DNA of 62,610 nucleotides, filler included, from Choristocarpus tenellus KU-1152 (taxonomy: Eukaryota > Protista > Phaeophyceae): assembly GCA_964200185.2 (NCBI GenBank). It is 13 parts of 13 records of this genome, joined end to end, with 100 filler letters (N's around TTAATTAATTAA, not from the genome) between each part and the next. Parts side by side here need not be neighbours in the genome. Positions count along the whole stretch, not along the records: positions 1 to 3,477 come from CAXNAD020019772.1; positions 3,578 to 7,758 come from CAXNAD020015815.1; positions 7,859 to 12,556 come from CAXNAD020013423.1; 10 more parts are not named here. The stretch is one strand, 5' to 3'. The stretch's first letter is position 1. Each line of letters begins with the position of its first letter. Positions 1-10,399 of the stretch are shown piece by piece. The position numbers and the translations under genes were made by a program. The notes beneath the pieces are model-generated. The model searched no databases. It worked only from the letters and a program-made list of their open reading frames with translations, and was not told the DNA's origin.

Positions 1-57
1 GTCTTTTGGGGTGATTTTGAGGCCACAAGTGGGCACGTAGAGGGTCAAAACGTCGGT

Positions 58-1230
58 ATGGCAACCCCCCCGTCGACCCCCCCTCGTAGGAAGGGTGCCC
101 AAGTGTCTCTGAATACCAGGGTTGCGCTTGTGGTGCGGCACGCCCTCACGATGGTCCCTGGTGAGCATAAACTGCCACAACACGTTGGGCCGGCCCTCGC
201 AGCAGAGTTTGGAGTGTCCGAGCATTACATGCGAGGGCTCTGGGAGGATGTCACCAATAAGCTCACCCATGGCCACACGCTTGATTTAGGTGTGGCGGCA
301 CATAGTGGGTGGCCTTTGGAGCTCACACCGACCAAGATGGCCACAATACATAGTATCAACTCCAATAATCGGTCATCTACAGTGCGTCAAGTGACAATGA
401 AGATTACTGCCAAGGGGCTGAATTATAGCACGAGCATCATAAACAGGTGGTTGGACGATATGGGGGCCATGCTGAAACACCGCTGGATCAAACCCAAGCT
501 TAAATCGTGGCAAAAGGTATTGATGGCTGATGGGGAAAGGGTTAGGGTATTTCCGCATGAGGATGATAGCGACCTTCCAGGATCCCCTACTGTGCAGCAC
601 AAGATTCATATAACACAAACCGTGATCAATGCAACCAACGCCCACCCAGATTCGCCTCACATGTTTGATGGAAAGCTTGGTGTTTGGCGAGTGTGTGTTT
701 CAAAAACGGTAGACAGAACAAGCAAAAACCATAAAAAGGGGGATGTGTATGAGAAGGACTGCACTTTAGACCATTTGTGGTACAAGATGTGGTACACGGA
801 GGAGTTACTGCCTGCAATCAAGACCAAGATACCTTGGTTGCAGGGGAAGCACATTGTTGTTCAGCAAAACGGTGCCACCTCCCACACGGGCAAGGGCAAT
901 TCAGAAATCTTGTCAGGGGCAGGGAAGACTGAGGGACGGTTGATTAGGCTTGTGATGCAGCCATCTAATTCCCCCGACCTCGATATCATGGGCCTGTGCT
1001 TCTTCAGGTCTTTGAAATGCCGGGTGATGGGGGAGCGGTTTTGGGTCCATCGAGGAGATGGTGAAGGTCATTAAGAAATAGTGTGAGGAGTATGATGAAA
1101 CCACACTTGAGAGGGCTAGGCAGCTCCTTTTTGTGGTGTACAATAAAGTACTTAGATACAAAGGGGGGAATGAGTTCAGTGTGGAGTATGCAGGGTAAGG
1201 AAGAGGCAGTTGTCTGGTGAGCTTGAAAGC
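58..1230 (+). pseudogene. Degenerate Tc1/mariner transposase (plant/oomycete DD39D-like type)
   Basis: ORF 58..1074 has FDGKLGVW, VVQQNGATSH (cf. QQDNAxPH, catalytic D replaced by N) and QPSNSPDLDIMGLCFFRSL (cf. QPPNSPDLNVLDLGFF). There is a frameshift near 1040 and stops further 3'. Confidence 0.85.
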
Positions 1231-1375
1231 ACGGTGAAGGTAGACATGGGGGCTTTTTCTGTGACTGATAAAATTGTGGTGGATGAGGAGTAATAATAAT
1301 AAAAAGAGTTGAAACTATCCAGAAATTGGTCAAGGATTACAAATATTTTTTCAGAAACGAATTTCATCAACATCT

Positions 1376-1631
1376 GAGTCAAAGTATCTTAGAGGGTAGA
1401 GCCGTGTCCAATTGGGGGCCAAAATCCAATTTTGCAATTTTGATTCAATTTTTGCTATCAGGTTTGTTAGGAAATGTCAACATGCTAGTTCCGGACAAAC
1501 CTTTTCATACCATACACATTTGACCTACTCCGAAACATTTTTGAGTAGGTAAAATGTCAAAAACCCATTGGAAGCCAAGCCCCAAATGGACAAACAGGGA
1601 AAAACTCGTACCCTCTAAGATACTTTCACTC
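1376..1631 (+). mobile_element. MITE family A (~256 bp, Sola2-like), complete copy
   Basis: TIRs GAGTCAAAGTATCTTAGAGGGTA ... TACCCTCTAAGATACTTTCACTC; 4-bp TSD ATCT at 1372-1375 and 1632-1635. Confidence 0.95.
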
Positions 1632-3477
1632 ATCTTCAAAGGTTATGGACAACGCGGCATAGACTTATGGCACGGAGGTAGTATATATGTGCGGTACAGA
1701 TCCTCGCCATTTTTTGTTTGTTTTCATGACTTGTGCGTCTTGGACCGAATCTCGTGTTACCAATATACCGTAATCCTTATAATAGGTTGACCATGTAGTT
1801 CAGACGAATCGTTTGTGTGTCATTTTGTCTTAGATGTGTATAGTGCATCGTTTTGTAAGAGATCAGATAACCGACAACTGATGTCAGTTACATTGTCCAC
1901 AACCAGCTATTACTTGACATCTCGTGTATACCAGGTTTGTCAATCCTCGCAAATATACTGTACATGTACGTTGGTGGCATTTAGATGAGTCAATAATATA
2001 AGGTATTGCATATCTCAACTCTTATTGTTTGCATGAGTGGACACATGCGGTGGTGAAGAGACTGTATCACTGGGCACATTAGCACCCGAGTGGTAGGGGT
2101 GGTTATTCATTACATCAAATCACGTTTTTATGAAGTGGATTTATTGATCATGAAATAATCTCATCACAAAAAGATTCGATATAAGTGATAGAAATTCCAG
2201 GTGCGTCATATTTGTTCTGCTTTTTTTCGAGTGGCATGATCCCCCTGTCATGATGTAATGGCCATACAGTCACCTTGAATCGTTTTGGAGAGTTGAGTCA
2301 CCAACATCGTACTTCCAAGTTGTCTGGAATATTGTAGTCATCATGAGCAATATTTGAATAGATGTGTCAGAATGTGAGGAAGGAGAATGGGTGCACACGA
2401 TTGATCTCATGGTCTGTTGTGTTGATATTGATCAGATAGCACATGCTTGTGTTTTCACGCATTGGAGTGTTGATCAAAAACATCGCATGGCACTCGTAAA
2501 GCACTGTCAGATCACAATTGCGAGTGAAACAGTTTATTGATATCATCTAGTGTTTGCTCCTCGTATCCCCATTCTAAGTATCCTCTTTTTATACAAGATA
2601 CAAGAGACCTATTTGCTGGTCACATACACCTCTCGCCTCGTCTTATTCTGAGACCTTGTAAGGTTGATTCGTATGCTGATCAATAACCATCAACTTAGAC
2701 TAATGATATCCTGATCAGATATTCATTAACGCCTCGTTTATATATTACGCTTCATTTTGTATTGATGGAGTCATGTATTATATTTGCGAAACAGTATACC
2801 AACAGCAATGCATGTTTCCCATCTTGTTCCCAGAGGTCACTCTTGGTTGACCTTGAACCATGTTTACATGGCTTCAGGCCGATCAGAATGGGGAGTGATG
2901 TGGAAAGCAGGTCTGTTTTTATACTGTCAATGCTGTATGTCATACACCATTGTATCGTTATATCGATTGAGATTCCTTATCTGGAATCCCTGGAATCTCT
3001 TCAAGAGACCAGTTCCGCAGGTATGGGAGTGGTCTTCATTCATAGTTAAGACATGAAAGATTCACTTTGTTATCACGTCTTGATATTTCTGATGATCCTC
3101 TCTCGCAAGATCCTCAGTCAGTCAGTCTCCACAGTTTTATGCAAGCAGTCTTGCACTTGTACAACCTTAACCTCGTGCTCTCGGGTATGGTTCGTCTTGG
3201 TCCGTCTAGTCTGTCTTGCCCGGTGATTCTCTTTACCGCCCTTACCTGAGTGAACCATGCTGCCACAGAATCACACAATTCATATCGTTCCATTTATACT
3301 CCGAGGATGTTGATGGTGATACTTATTGTGCAATTAATAATAATAGAATAGTGGCGTTCATCATCATCATCATCATCACAATAATGATACTAACAATGGT
3401 AACAGAATATTTGCTTTGCTCACGAATTCTGGATTATTATTATTATTTGCACATTCCTATTTTCTTATTCCTCTATC

Positions 3478-3577
3478 NNNNNNNNNNNNNNNNNNNNNNN
3501 NNNNNNNNNNNNNNNNNNNNNTTAATTAATTAANNNNNNNNNNNNNNNNNNNNNNNNNNNNNNNNNNNNNNNNNNNN
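3478..3577. other. Artificial contig-joining linker (first of 12)
   Basis: 44 N + TTAATTAATTAA (stops in all six frames) + 44 N. Identical linkers start at 7759, 12557, 20190, 23278, 26564, 29828, 32880, 44079, 51553, 55017 and 58877. Confidence 0.98.
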
Positions 3578-3690
3578 TCTCCTGGCAGCAGACTTCACCA
3601 CAGCTCCGACTCCGTCAGGCAAGGACTTGCCGTGACAGGAGGCAAAGAAGTTGTGTACTACGGAAATTTCCATCCGCTCTAAATACGCTT
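3578..3690 (-). pseudogene. Sola2-type DDD transposase fragment
   Basis: Minus strand reads MEISVVHNFFASCHGKSLPDGVGAVVKSAARR up to the contig end, matching the FFxxxHGKxxxDGxG motif. The DNA is homologous to 50258-50300. Confidence 0.7.
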
Positions 3691-5462
3691 CCTTCCATCT
3701 CTTCTAGGCCATCGCGGTTGATAAACATGGAGAGGAAGAGGTCCATCATCTGGTCCGTTTTGGATTTCTTCCATGAGCGAGCGGCACTGGTCTTGGGCAG
3801 TCTCTTGAGTGGGATTTAAGCGAGGTTACGATATGGGTTGGTGGGTTTGTTTCCCTTTGACACTCGAGTTTGATGTTGATGATGCAAACATCGGTAATGC
3901 TGCCACTTTGTTCGGACGAGGGGGCGTGCACAATATTAGGTCATGAAGTGTTTGATGGAGTAGGGCCGTGTTGGGTGATACTCAACGTTCAGCACGTCGA
4001 CATTGAGGTGTTGGATATATCGCGAACCGAAACCGCCCCGGTTAGAATATCCTGAAAAGGTGTGCCCCATGAATGCGGGCACTCGTGAGCCACATGAAAA
4101 GGTTATGAATACATCCCATGAAGCATGTAGGGCGAAGTAAATTGAGGTAGTTTGTTGTACGGCAGAGTTTGATCTGGTTTTTGTAAAACGGTTGACAAAT
4201 GTTTGGTGGGTGTCACCCCTGAAAATATTCGCATATATATGTTCTACAATTGACGTGTTCTGTCGTACGGTAAACTATTGTGTAAAATGGGTTTTTGGTG
4301 GAAGGGATACCGAACGTTTCATGTAGCTCTACATATATCCCCAGATGCACATACCATTGTTTGTGCCTCCTTCTCTGCTGGGGATATGAGACTGTGCTTG
4401 AGTTGTTGGAAAATCGAGGACGATGGATTGGATGAGTGTGCCTCTAAAAAAGTCATTATTATGTGGACCGCCGCAACTTTTGCCATACTTTGTGGTACGG
4501 TAAAGTATGCCAAGAATTACACGAGGCGAGTGGGTGAAGGAAGGGCGAAACATGTGTTGGCATAGTTTCAGGATTTTATGGGCCAGAGATGGTGTTGGGG
4601 TTGAGGCAAAGGGTTAGGGTTGGGACAGGTGTTAGGGTTGGGATTGGAATTGGAAACAGAAAGGATTATCGTTTATTTCCGATACATATTGGAGTTGACG
4701 TATTGGAGAACATGATCTTCGTCGTTAGGTTTCGTCCTGCTCTTGAGGGGAGGACGTGTGCGTCACCAGTTCCGAGCTACGGTGTAACTGGTGAACACCA
4801 CGCGTCTCTGATTTCGATGCAAATGTGTGATTTCGGAAGGATATGGAGACCATATGGTTCGCTATGTCTAGTCTTCAAGCGCTAATCCCTCGTTCCTGTA
4901 ATTACAGAATGCACAGGCTACGTTGGAGTGTGTCTACCTGCAATAGAGGCCTGGCCTTACCCTTGGGATGTCCTGGGGTCTACCCCTCTGGAGTCCACGA
5001 GTTCATTCCAGTTGTTAGCCAGATCCCCTAGTGGCTGACGGGTGGCCATCCTGCATCTGCGGTGTAATGGGTATGGTCCTCTCGAACTGACGAATCCTCT
5101 ATGTGTGTCAAGGCCCGTTGGTTTGTTGTTGAGTGAGTGAAGGAGTGTGGGGTTAGTCGCAAATGTGGTTTGGCGAAGGTTTTTTGTTATGCACCATAAT
5201 ATAACTATTCAAATTATATTACAATATATGAAATAAAGATGCAAATTAGACGTTTTGACCCTGTCGAACTAATGAAATAGAGGATGGAGAGTTGTATATA
5301 TATATACAACTGTAACTCTTTATTTGTTCTAGTTCTACGTCATCACAGTCATACATATATAAGTAAATTTCAATATATTAGCGAAGAGAGCAAAAATCCC
5401 CTTTTTAAATTCCCTATTTGATTCTCAAGAAAAAGGAACACTCGAACTAGCCTGTTTGGAAC

Positions 5463-5716
5463 GAGTGAAAGTATCTTAGAGGGTACTGGTTTTGCCTTGT
5501 TTGTCAATTTGGGGCTTGGCTTCCCATGAGTTTTTTAATGACATTTTCCTACTCCAAAATGTTTCGGATTAAGTAAAATGTATACATTATGAAAAGTTGT
5601 ATCCAGAACATGGATATTGACACTTCCTAAGAAACACAATGGCCAACATCACATCAAAATCACAGCATTGGAGTTTGGCCCCCAAATGGATGCTACCCTC
5701 TAAGATACTTTGACTC
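5463..5716 (-). mobile_element. MITE family A copy
   Basis: GAGTGAAAGTATCTTAGAGGGTA ... TACCCTCTAAGATACTTTGACTC; the flanks (GAAC/AGTC) do not form a TSD. Confidence 0.93.
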
Positions 5717-5991
5717 AGTCCCAATATAAAATAATATCTTCTGGGGGTCCAACATTCAGTAACGTCGGCTATTCTTTTATTGATTACTGTGAAATTGTTA
5801 TACAACCGATCAGCACTTCCCAATCACATTGTATTCCTTGAAGCAATTGTTCAAAGTGCACTGCACAAAGGAGACCCCCCGCTTTCGGGATACCCCACTT
5901 TTGCTTGGGGAACCCCCACTTTTGTTGGGGGAACGAACCCCCGCTGTCATATTTTTTCCCTCTTCGCGCACCTATTTTTGAAAACCTAACC

Positions 5992-6250
5992 GAGCCAACG
6001 TATCTTAAAGGGTAGGGCCGCGTCCATTTGGGGGCCAAGACCCAATGTTGAGGTTTTGATGTAATTTTGGCTATCGTGTTAGTTAGTAAGTGCCAATATC
6101 CTTATTACGGACACATCTTTTCATAACGTATACATTTTACCTACTCCTGAACAATTTGAAGTAGGAAAATGTCATTAAAAAAAAAATGGGAAGCCAAGCC
6201 CCAAATGGACAAACAGGGCAAAACTCGTACCCTCTAAGATACTCTCACTA
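5992..6250 (+). mobile_element. MITE family A copy
   Basis: GAGCCAACGTATCTTAAAGGGTA ... TACCCTCTAAGATACTCTCACTA with the full internal sequence; no clear TSD. Confidence 0.92.
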
Positions 6251-6744
6251 AAAACAAAAGAGGTCATAAAGACCATACTTTCTTGGTCAAGGGAGAATAG
6301 GTGCGTATCCCTTGTACGATGATCGAACTTGTCTGCCACTATCCCTGTGCACTGTATGTAACGGACGGCAGGACTTCTTCTCCGTGCAAGGTGATCAGGT
6401 GCGTACGACTCGAGGATGATGTAACCTGACCGCAACATACCATCCTCTCTGGACCTGACTCGATACGCAAAACATTTTCTCTCTCTCCTTCTGTAGGTTT
6501 CCCCTGTCCCATTTGCAACGTGCCCACCCGATGTAGACATCACGTGATCAAAGGAGAGGCTTAGTCCAACCACCGAACGCCGCCATGCCTCCAAAGGGAA
6601 CCAAAAGGTGAGTCCCCCTACTAGAACCGTGCGCTCTTTGTGCAGCTCATTCGGGAGCGTTTCTGAATGACCAATATCGCAAACACCATCAAGATTTAGC
6701 GCCTTTGGCGGATGTTGATGTTGCGACTTTCTTCCGTTCACATA

Positions 6745-6990
6745 GTATGTTTATAGTTTTTAATGACTTCTTTTTTGCGCTTTGTCATTTCTTTATATAA
6801 ATCACCAAGAAGTTCATAGGATCTATAACTTTCTGGATGATTTTTACTCTCTAATATCTGACTTGTCCTAATCAAGGATTCCTCTGATTTATTATGATTT
6901 TTAGATAAAGTATAAAATCTACCCAAGTGATTTAATACTTTTCCTGTTTCTATATGCGATACTCCATAGTTTTTCTCGTAGTCTAGTAAT
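6745..6990 (-). pseudogene. Bacterial-type tetratricopeptide-repeat protein fragment (Rickettsiales-like)
   Basis: LLDYEKNYGVSHIETGKVLNHLGRFYTLSKNHNKSEESLIRTSQILESKNHPESYRSYELLGDLYKEM contains two TPR-like units (YGxxHxETxxxLxxLG; HPESY..LGDLY) in AT-rich intronless DNA. Confidence 0.7.
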
Positions 6991-7059
6991 ATTACAGGCA
7001 AAGTTACTGTTGATGAAATTTTGAGCGAATTTTTTAGTGATTTCTGTATTGGAAAATAA
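6985..7059 (+). pseudogene. mnmE: 3' end of tRNA-modification GTPase MnmE/TrmE
   Basis: Reads SNITGKVTVDEILSEFFSDFCIGK-stop. The terminal ITGxxxxxEILxxIFxxFCIGK is diagnostic of MnmE. Only the last ~24 codons are present. Confidence 0.88.
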
Positions 7060-7221
7060 CTTATGATAAAAAATTACGATCGAGACATTACTCAGATAAT
7101 TAATAATTAGTAAGACTAATTTAAGTTGTCAGAGAAATTAGACATCTTTCCGAAATAATTTCCTAGACTTCAGGGTATAAAAATTGTATTTGAGAGGTTT
7201 TAACAAATCTTCAAATAAATT

Positions 7222-7473
7222 ATGACAAATTCTAAGAACTACCTAAAAACAGCTAGAGTTCTTTTGAACCTTGGTGCTAATCTAGCAATGCTAGATCCAG
7301 ATGGCTTAAATTGCTGTGAAATTGCAGAATCAATTGGTAATGCAAAATTACTAGAATTAGTAAGTCTAAGCATACCTGTAGAAATTATAATTGAAATTGA
7401 TCTTCCTCTGGATACTAAAGTACCAATTGATATTGCAGGTGAAGATCTTCCTATTACAACGGTAGAAGCTTAA
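7222..7473 (+). pseudogene. Ankyrin-repeat protein C-terminal fragment (bacterial endosymbiont-like)
   Basis: LKTARVLLNLGANLAMLDPDGLNCCEIAESIGNAKLLELV fits the ankyrin consensus (xLLxxGAxxxxxDxxGxxxLxxAxxxGN); AT-rich. Confidence 0.7.
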
Positions 7474-7858
7474 TTTACTGATCTAAATATCTACTAGCCC
7501 ACGCTGCAAGCACAGATGCAACATATCTACTATGTATTAGCATGTGGGTAACGTCATCATGTACCCAAGCGGTTGTATGACCCCGTAGTCACGACCCCTA
7601 ACCCAACCACTGTCGCATAGCGTGCCGTAGCCAACACGCCCATCTGGGGTCGAGCCTTCCTCAACAACCGGCCGTTGTTCATGATATGTAACTATGCAAA
7701 AGAGAACTCTTCCAATAGAGTCTTTGCTTTAAGTTGCATGGATTTATTTATTAGCGGANNNNNNNNNNNNNNNNNNNNNNNNNNNNNNNNNNNNNNNNNN
7801 NNTTAATTAATTAANNNNNNNNNNNNNNNNNNNNNNNNNNNNNNNNNNNNNNNNNNNN

Positions 7859-7887
7859 CCCCCCCCCCCCCCCAGATACTTTGACCC
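7859..7887 (-). mobile_element. TIR family B end (poly-G TIR related to MITE A)
   Basis: Poly-C + AGATACTTTGACCC at the contig start, the reverse complement of GGGTCAAAGTATCT-G(n). Confidence 0.75.
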
Positions 7888-8014
7888 GAGTCTAGATTTG
7901 GCAGACAAGAGAGAAAAAGAACCACCCGCAACCTAGACACGCACTACCACCAGGATTGGATCTAACCATAGAATGCATTCACAGAAAAATGGGAGATTCA
8001 GTCAAACGCCCCGT

Positions 8015-8130
8015 TTGTCAAGGGTATCAGCAGATAACTCAGCCCCCACCACGTATAATAACCCCATTTTTTCGCTGACGCTCTCACTAAGGCCTTACCC
8101 AGGATCGGTCCAGGAACCATCATGCATCAG
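8015..8130 (+). repeat. Second decayed copy of the gag-like ORF segment found at 10490-10610
   Basis: Both copies encode ADNSAPxxxNNPIF and share CCCATTTTTT(T)CGCTGACGCTCT. Confidence 0.8.
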
Positions 8131-10399
8131 AGGCTGGCTGGGCTGGAACCTCTCCGAATCATTGATTCCAGACGGAATCCGTGCATCAGGCATGACTCGA
8201 TTCCTCACGAACTCTGTGAGTCAGACATGTTTGCGGACCTGGGGTAATAAAAGAACAACATGACACAATATTGGGAATGTTAGTGTATAAAGGCGAGAAA
8301 TAGCTACCTAAGCAATATCTATACCATGGTGGTCAGCGACCACCCGTTTATGATCAGAGGTGTATGGTGCATCCTTTAGAGCCACAGATACCATCATGCC
8401 ACCAAGTTAGAAGGGGTAGAAGAGGTAGAAGGGGTAGACGGTGAAAGCGCTCCAAGACCACCCAAGGAGATGAGGAAACCATGCAGAAGAAGGTCAGGTC
8501 ATAGTAGAGAGCTATCAAGAATCCTATGCGATGAGGTAAATACTGAGAGTATTCTCTCCAGTTTGAAGAGATAAGGTAAGACCTCCAAGTTACAACCCGC
8601 TCCAAAGCTTTTACCTCCCCAGGATATATATCTCCGACCCACAGGCCTATAGATGGCGTGATGCCTGTAAAGGACCCCTGACATACTCCGACAGTGAAAA
8701 GGCCCAATGAGGATGGTGAATATCAGGTCAGCAGATGAAGTTATACTAGCAATCTATAGGAATGGTTACGACAGAGATATAAGAGTGAAGACGAGGGCTC
8801 TCTTCACCCATTAATCTCCTTCGAGTTGACAGACACGCCGTAATACATCTGAAAACCGTTGTTTTATTCTAAGTTACAGATCTTACTCTGCAACTTCAGC
8901 AAATTGAACTTCCCCGTTTTTGTTACAGGAGAATAGCGCGAGCATTTCTTCTTGTGTTCTAACAAAGTGCGAGCACTTGCACACGAATATTGCGAGCATT
9001 TCTTCTCGTGTTTTAGCAAACGCGAATATTTGTGACAGACGTATAGTGCGAGGATTGTTTCTCACGTACTAATAAGTGCAAACAATATACGATATTAGTA
9101 AAACATAGGTAGCCTTACAGAATGAATGCTGATTTCATAGAAGATACAGAGTAAGTTTCGGACGTGTTCGTCACATTACAGAAGAAAATGTCAAAGTCCC
9201 TAAGAAGTTGCAGAATAAAGGTTTATGATTGGAGTACGTATAGAGCAGTTGCATAGAAGACCAAAGAAATTGGGTGGATGATGAAAATAGTAAGAGGACG
9301 TTTAGTGAAAACACTTTTACCCCTTTTACCAGTCCTTTCTATCTTGAACAAAACTTTGAGTCGAGCTTTGAGCTAAGCACTGAGTGGAATATCAAGAGAG
9401 AAGGCTACCTGACACCCTACAAATTGTTACCAAGGGCAACGCCCGCATAGCGTCGTTTTAAGGGTGTGGATTTGAGTTACGCATCCTTTGGAGGTGAGTT
9501 CAGGGGCACGCTGTAACGTGGAGGTCCTACCGCCTCTCTCCAAACTGGAGAGAATACTTCGTATTGACCTCAACACTTAGGATTCTTTGTAGCTTCCTAC
9601 GTCCGCCTGGATTCTTTTCTTTTCCCACTAGGGTTTGTGGTGTTCATTCGTCGTCTACGGACTTCCTTCTTAGGCTTGTCACCTTCATGGGTGTGATAGC
9701 TTCTGTGGCTCCGAGGGAATCGTCCTTCTATAGCTGTAAAACGGTGGCTCTGATCGCCGCATCATTCGCCTATAGTCATAAAATGAGTGTTCTTTGACCG
9801 CCATGGTCGAGACGTTGCCTAGGTAGTTAATTGTTCTGCTTTCATCTACTCACACACCCCTGTTATCTTTTGGTTTCCATCTTGCCATTGTTTATCCCCA
9901 GGTTCGCAGTCATGTCTGGCTCACAGTATTCTCGAGAGGTTGAAGTCACCCCCGACCTACGGGATCTCCAAGGAATCGATGATTCCGAGAGATTCCAGCC
10001 CAGTACCACACCTCAAGGCAATTCTGGTCACAGCCGTGTCCACACTGCTGTGAACGTTGAGGCAGGCGCAGAGAGCACGTTCGTTTTCGGTCTTCCACTC
10101 GTGGCAGATCTCGTTCCAGGTTGAGATCCCGGGATAGGCGCTCTCATCGAAGCGGATGGAGGACCAGAGAAGAATGCAGAGGCCGCACCCATTCACCTCG
10201 ACGTCACCGTCGGACCAGTCATTATTATTCTTCACACAGGTCTGTATCACCCAGACCATTTCGGAGGAATAGCCTGAGTACAATACGTCGGTCCAGAGAG
10301 GTCGAGGCGCAGTTGAGAAGAGAAATTCATGAGTTTCTTACACAAGCTAGTCGAATGAGTCCCAATACGGCAGGCAGCAGCGAGACAGAGCCTCTCGCA

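Noticed and set aside
1326-1790. Recurring short ORFs (SQSILEG..., PSPKWTNR..., QAPNGQTG...SYPLRY) as a peptide gene family
   Set aside because: They are translations of the MITE in various frames; starts and stops are not conserved between copies.
3478-3577. Recurrent TTAATTAATTAA palindrome as a biological repeat or recombination site
   Set aside because: It is always centred in exactly 44+44 Ns and gives stops in all frames, so it is an artificial linker. Adjacency across linkers carries no biological meaning.
6738-7001. The predicted 87-aa ORF as an intact gene
   Set aside because: Its start lies in the antisense of the mnmE fragment, so it is a chimeric junction product.
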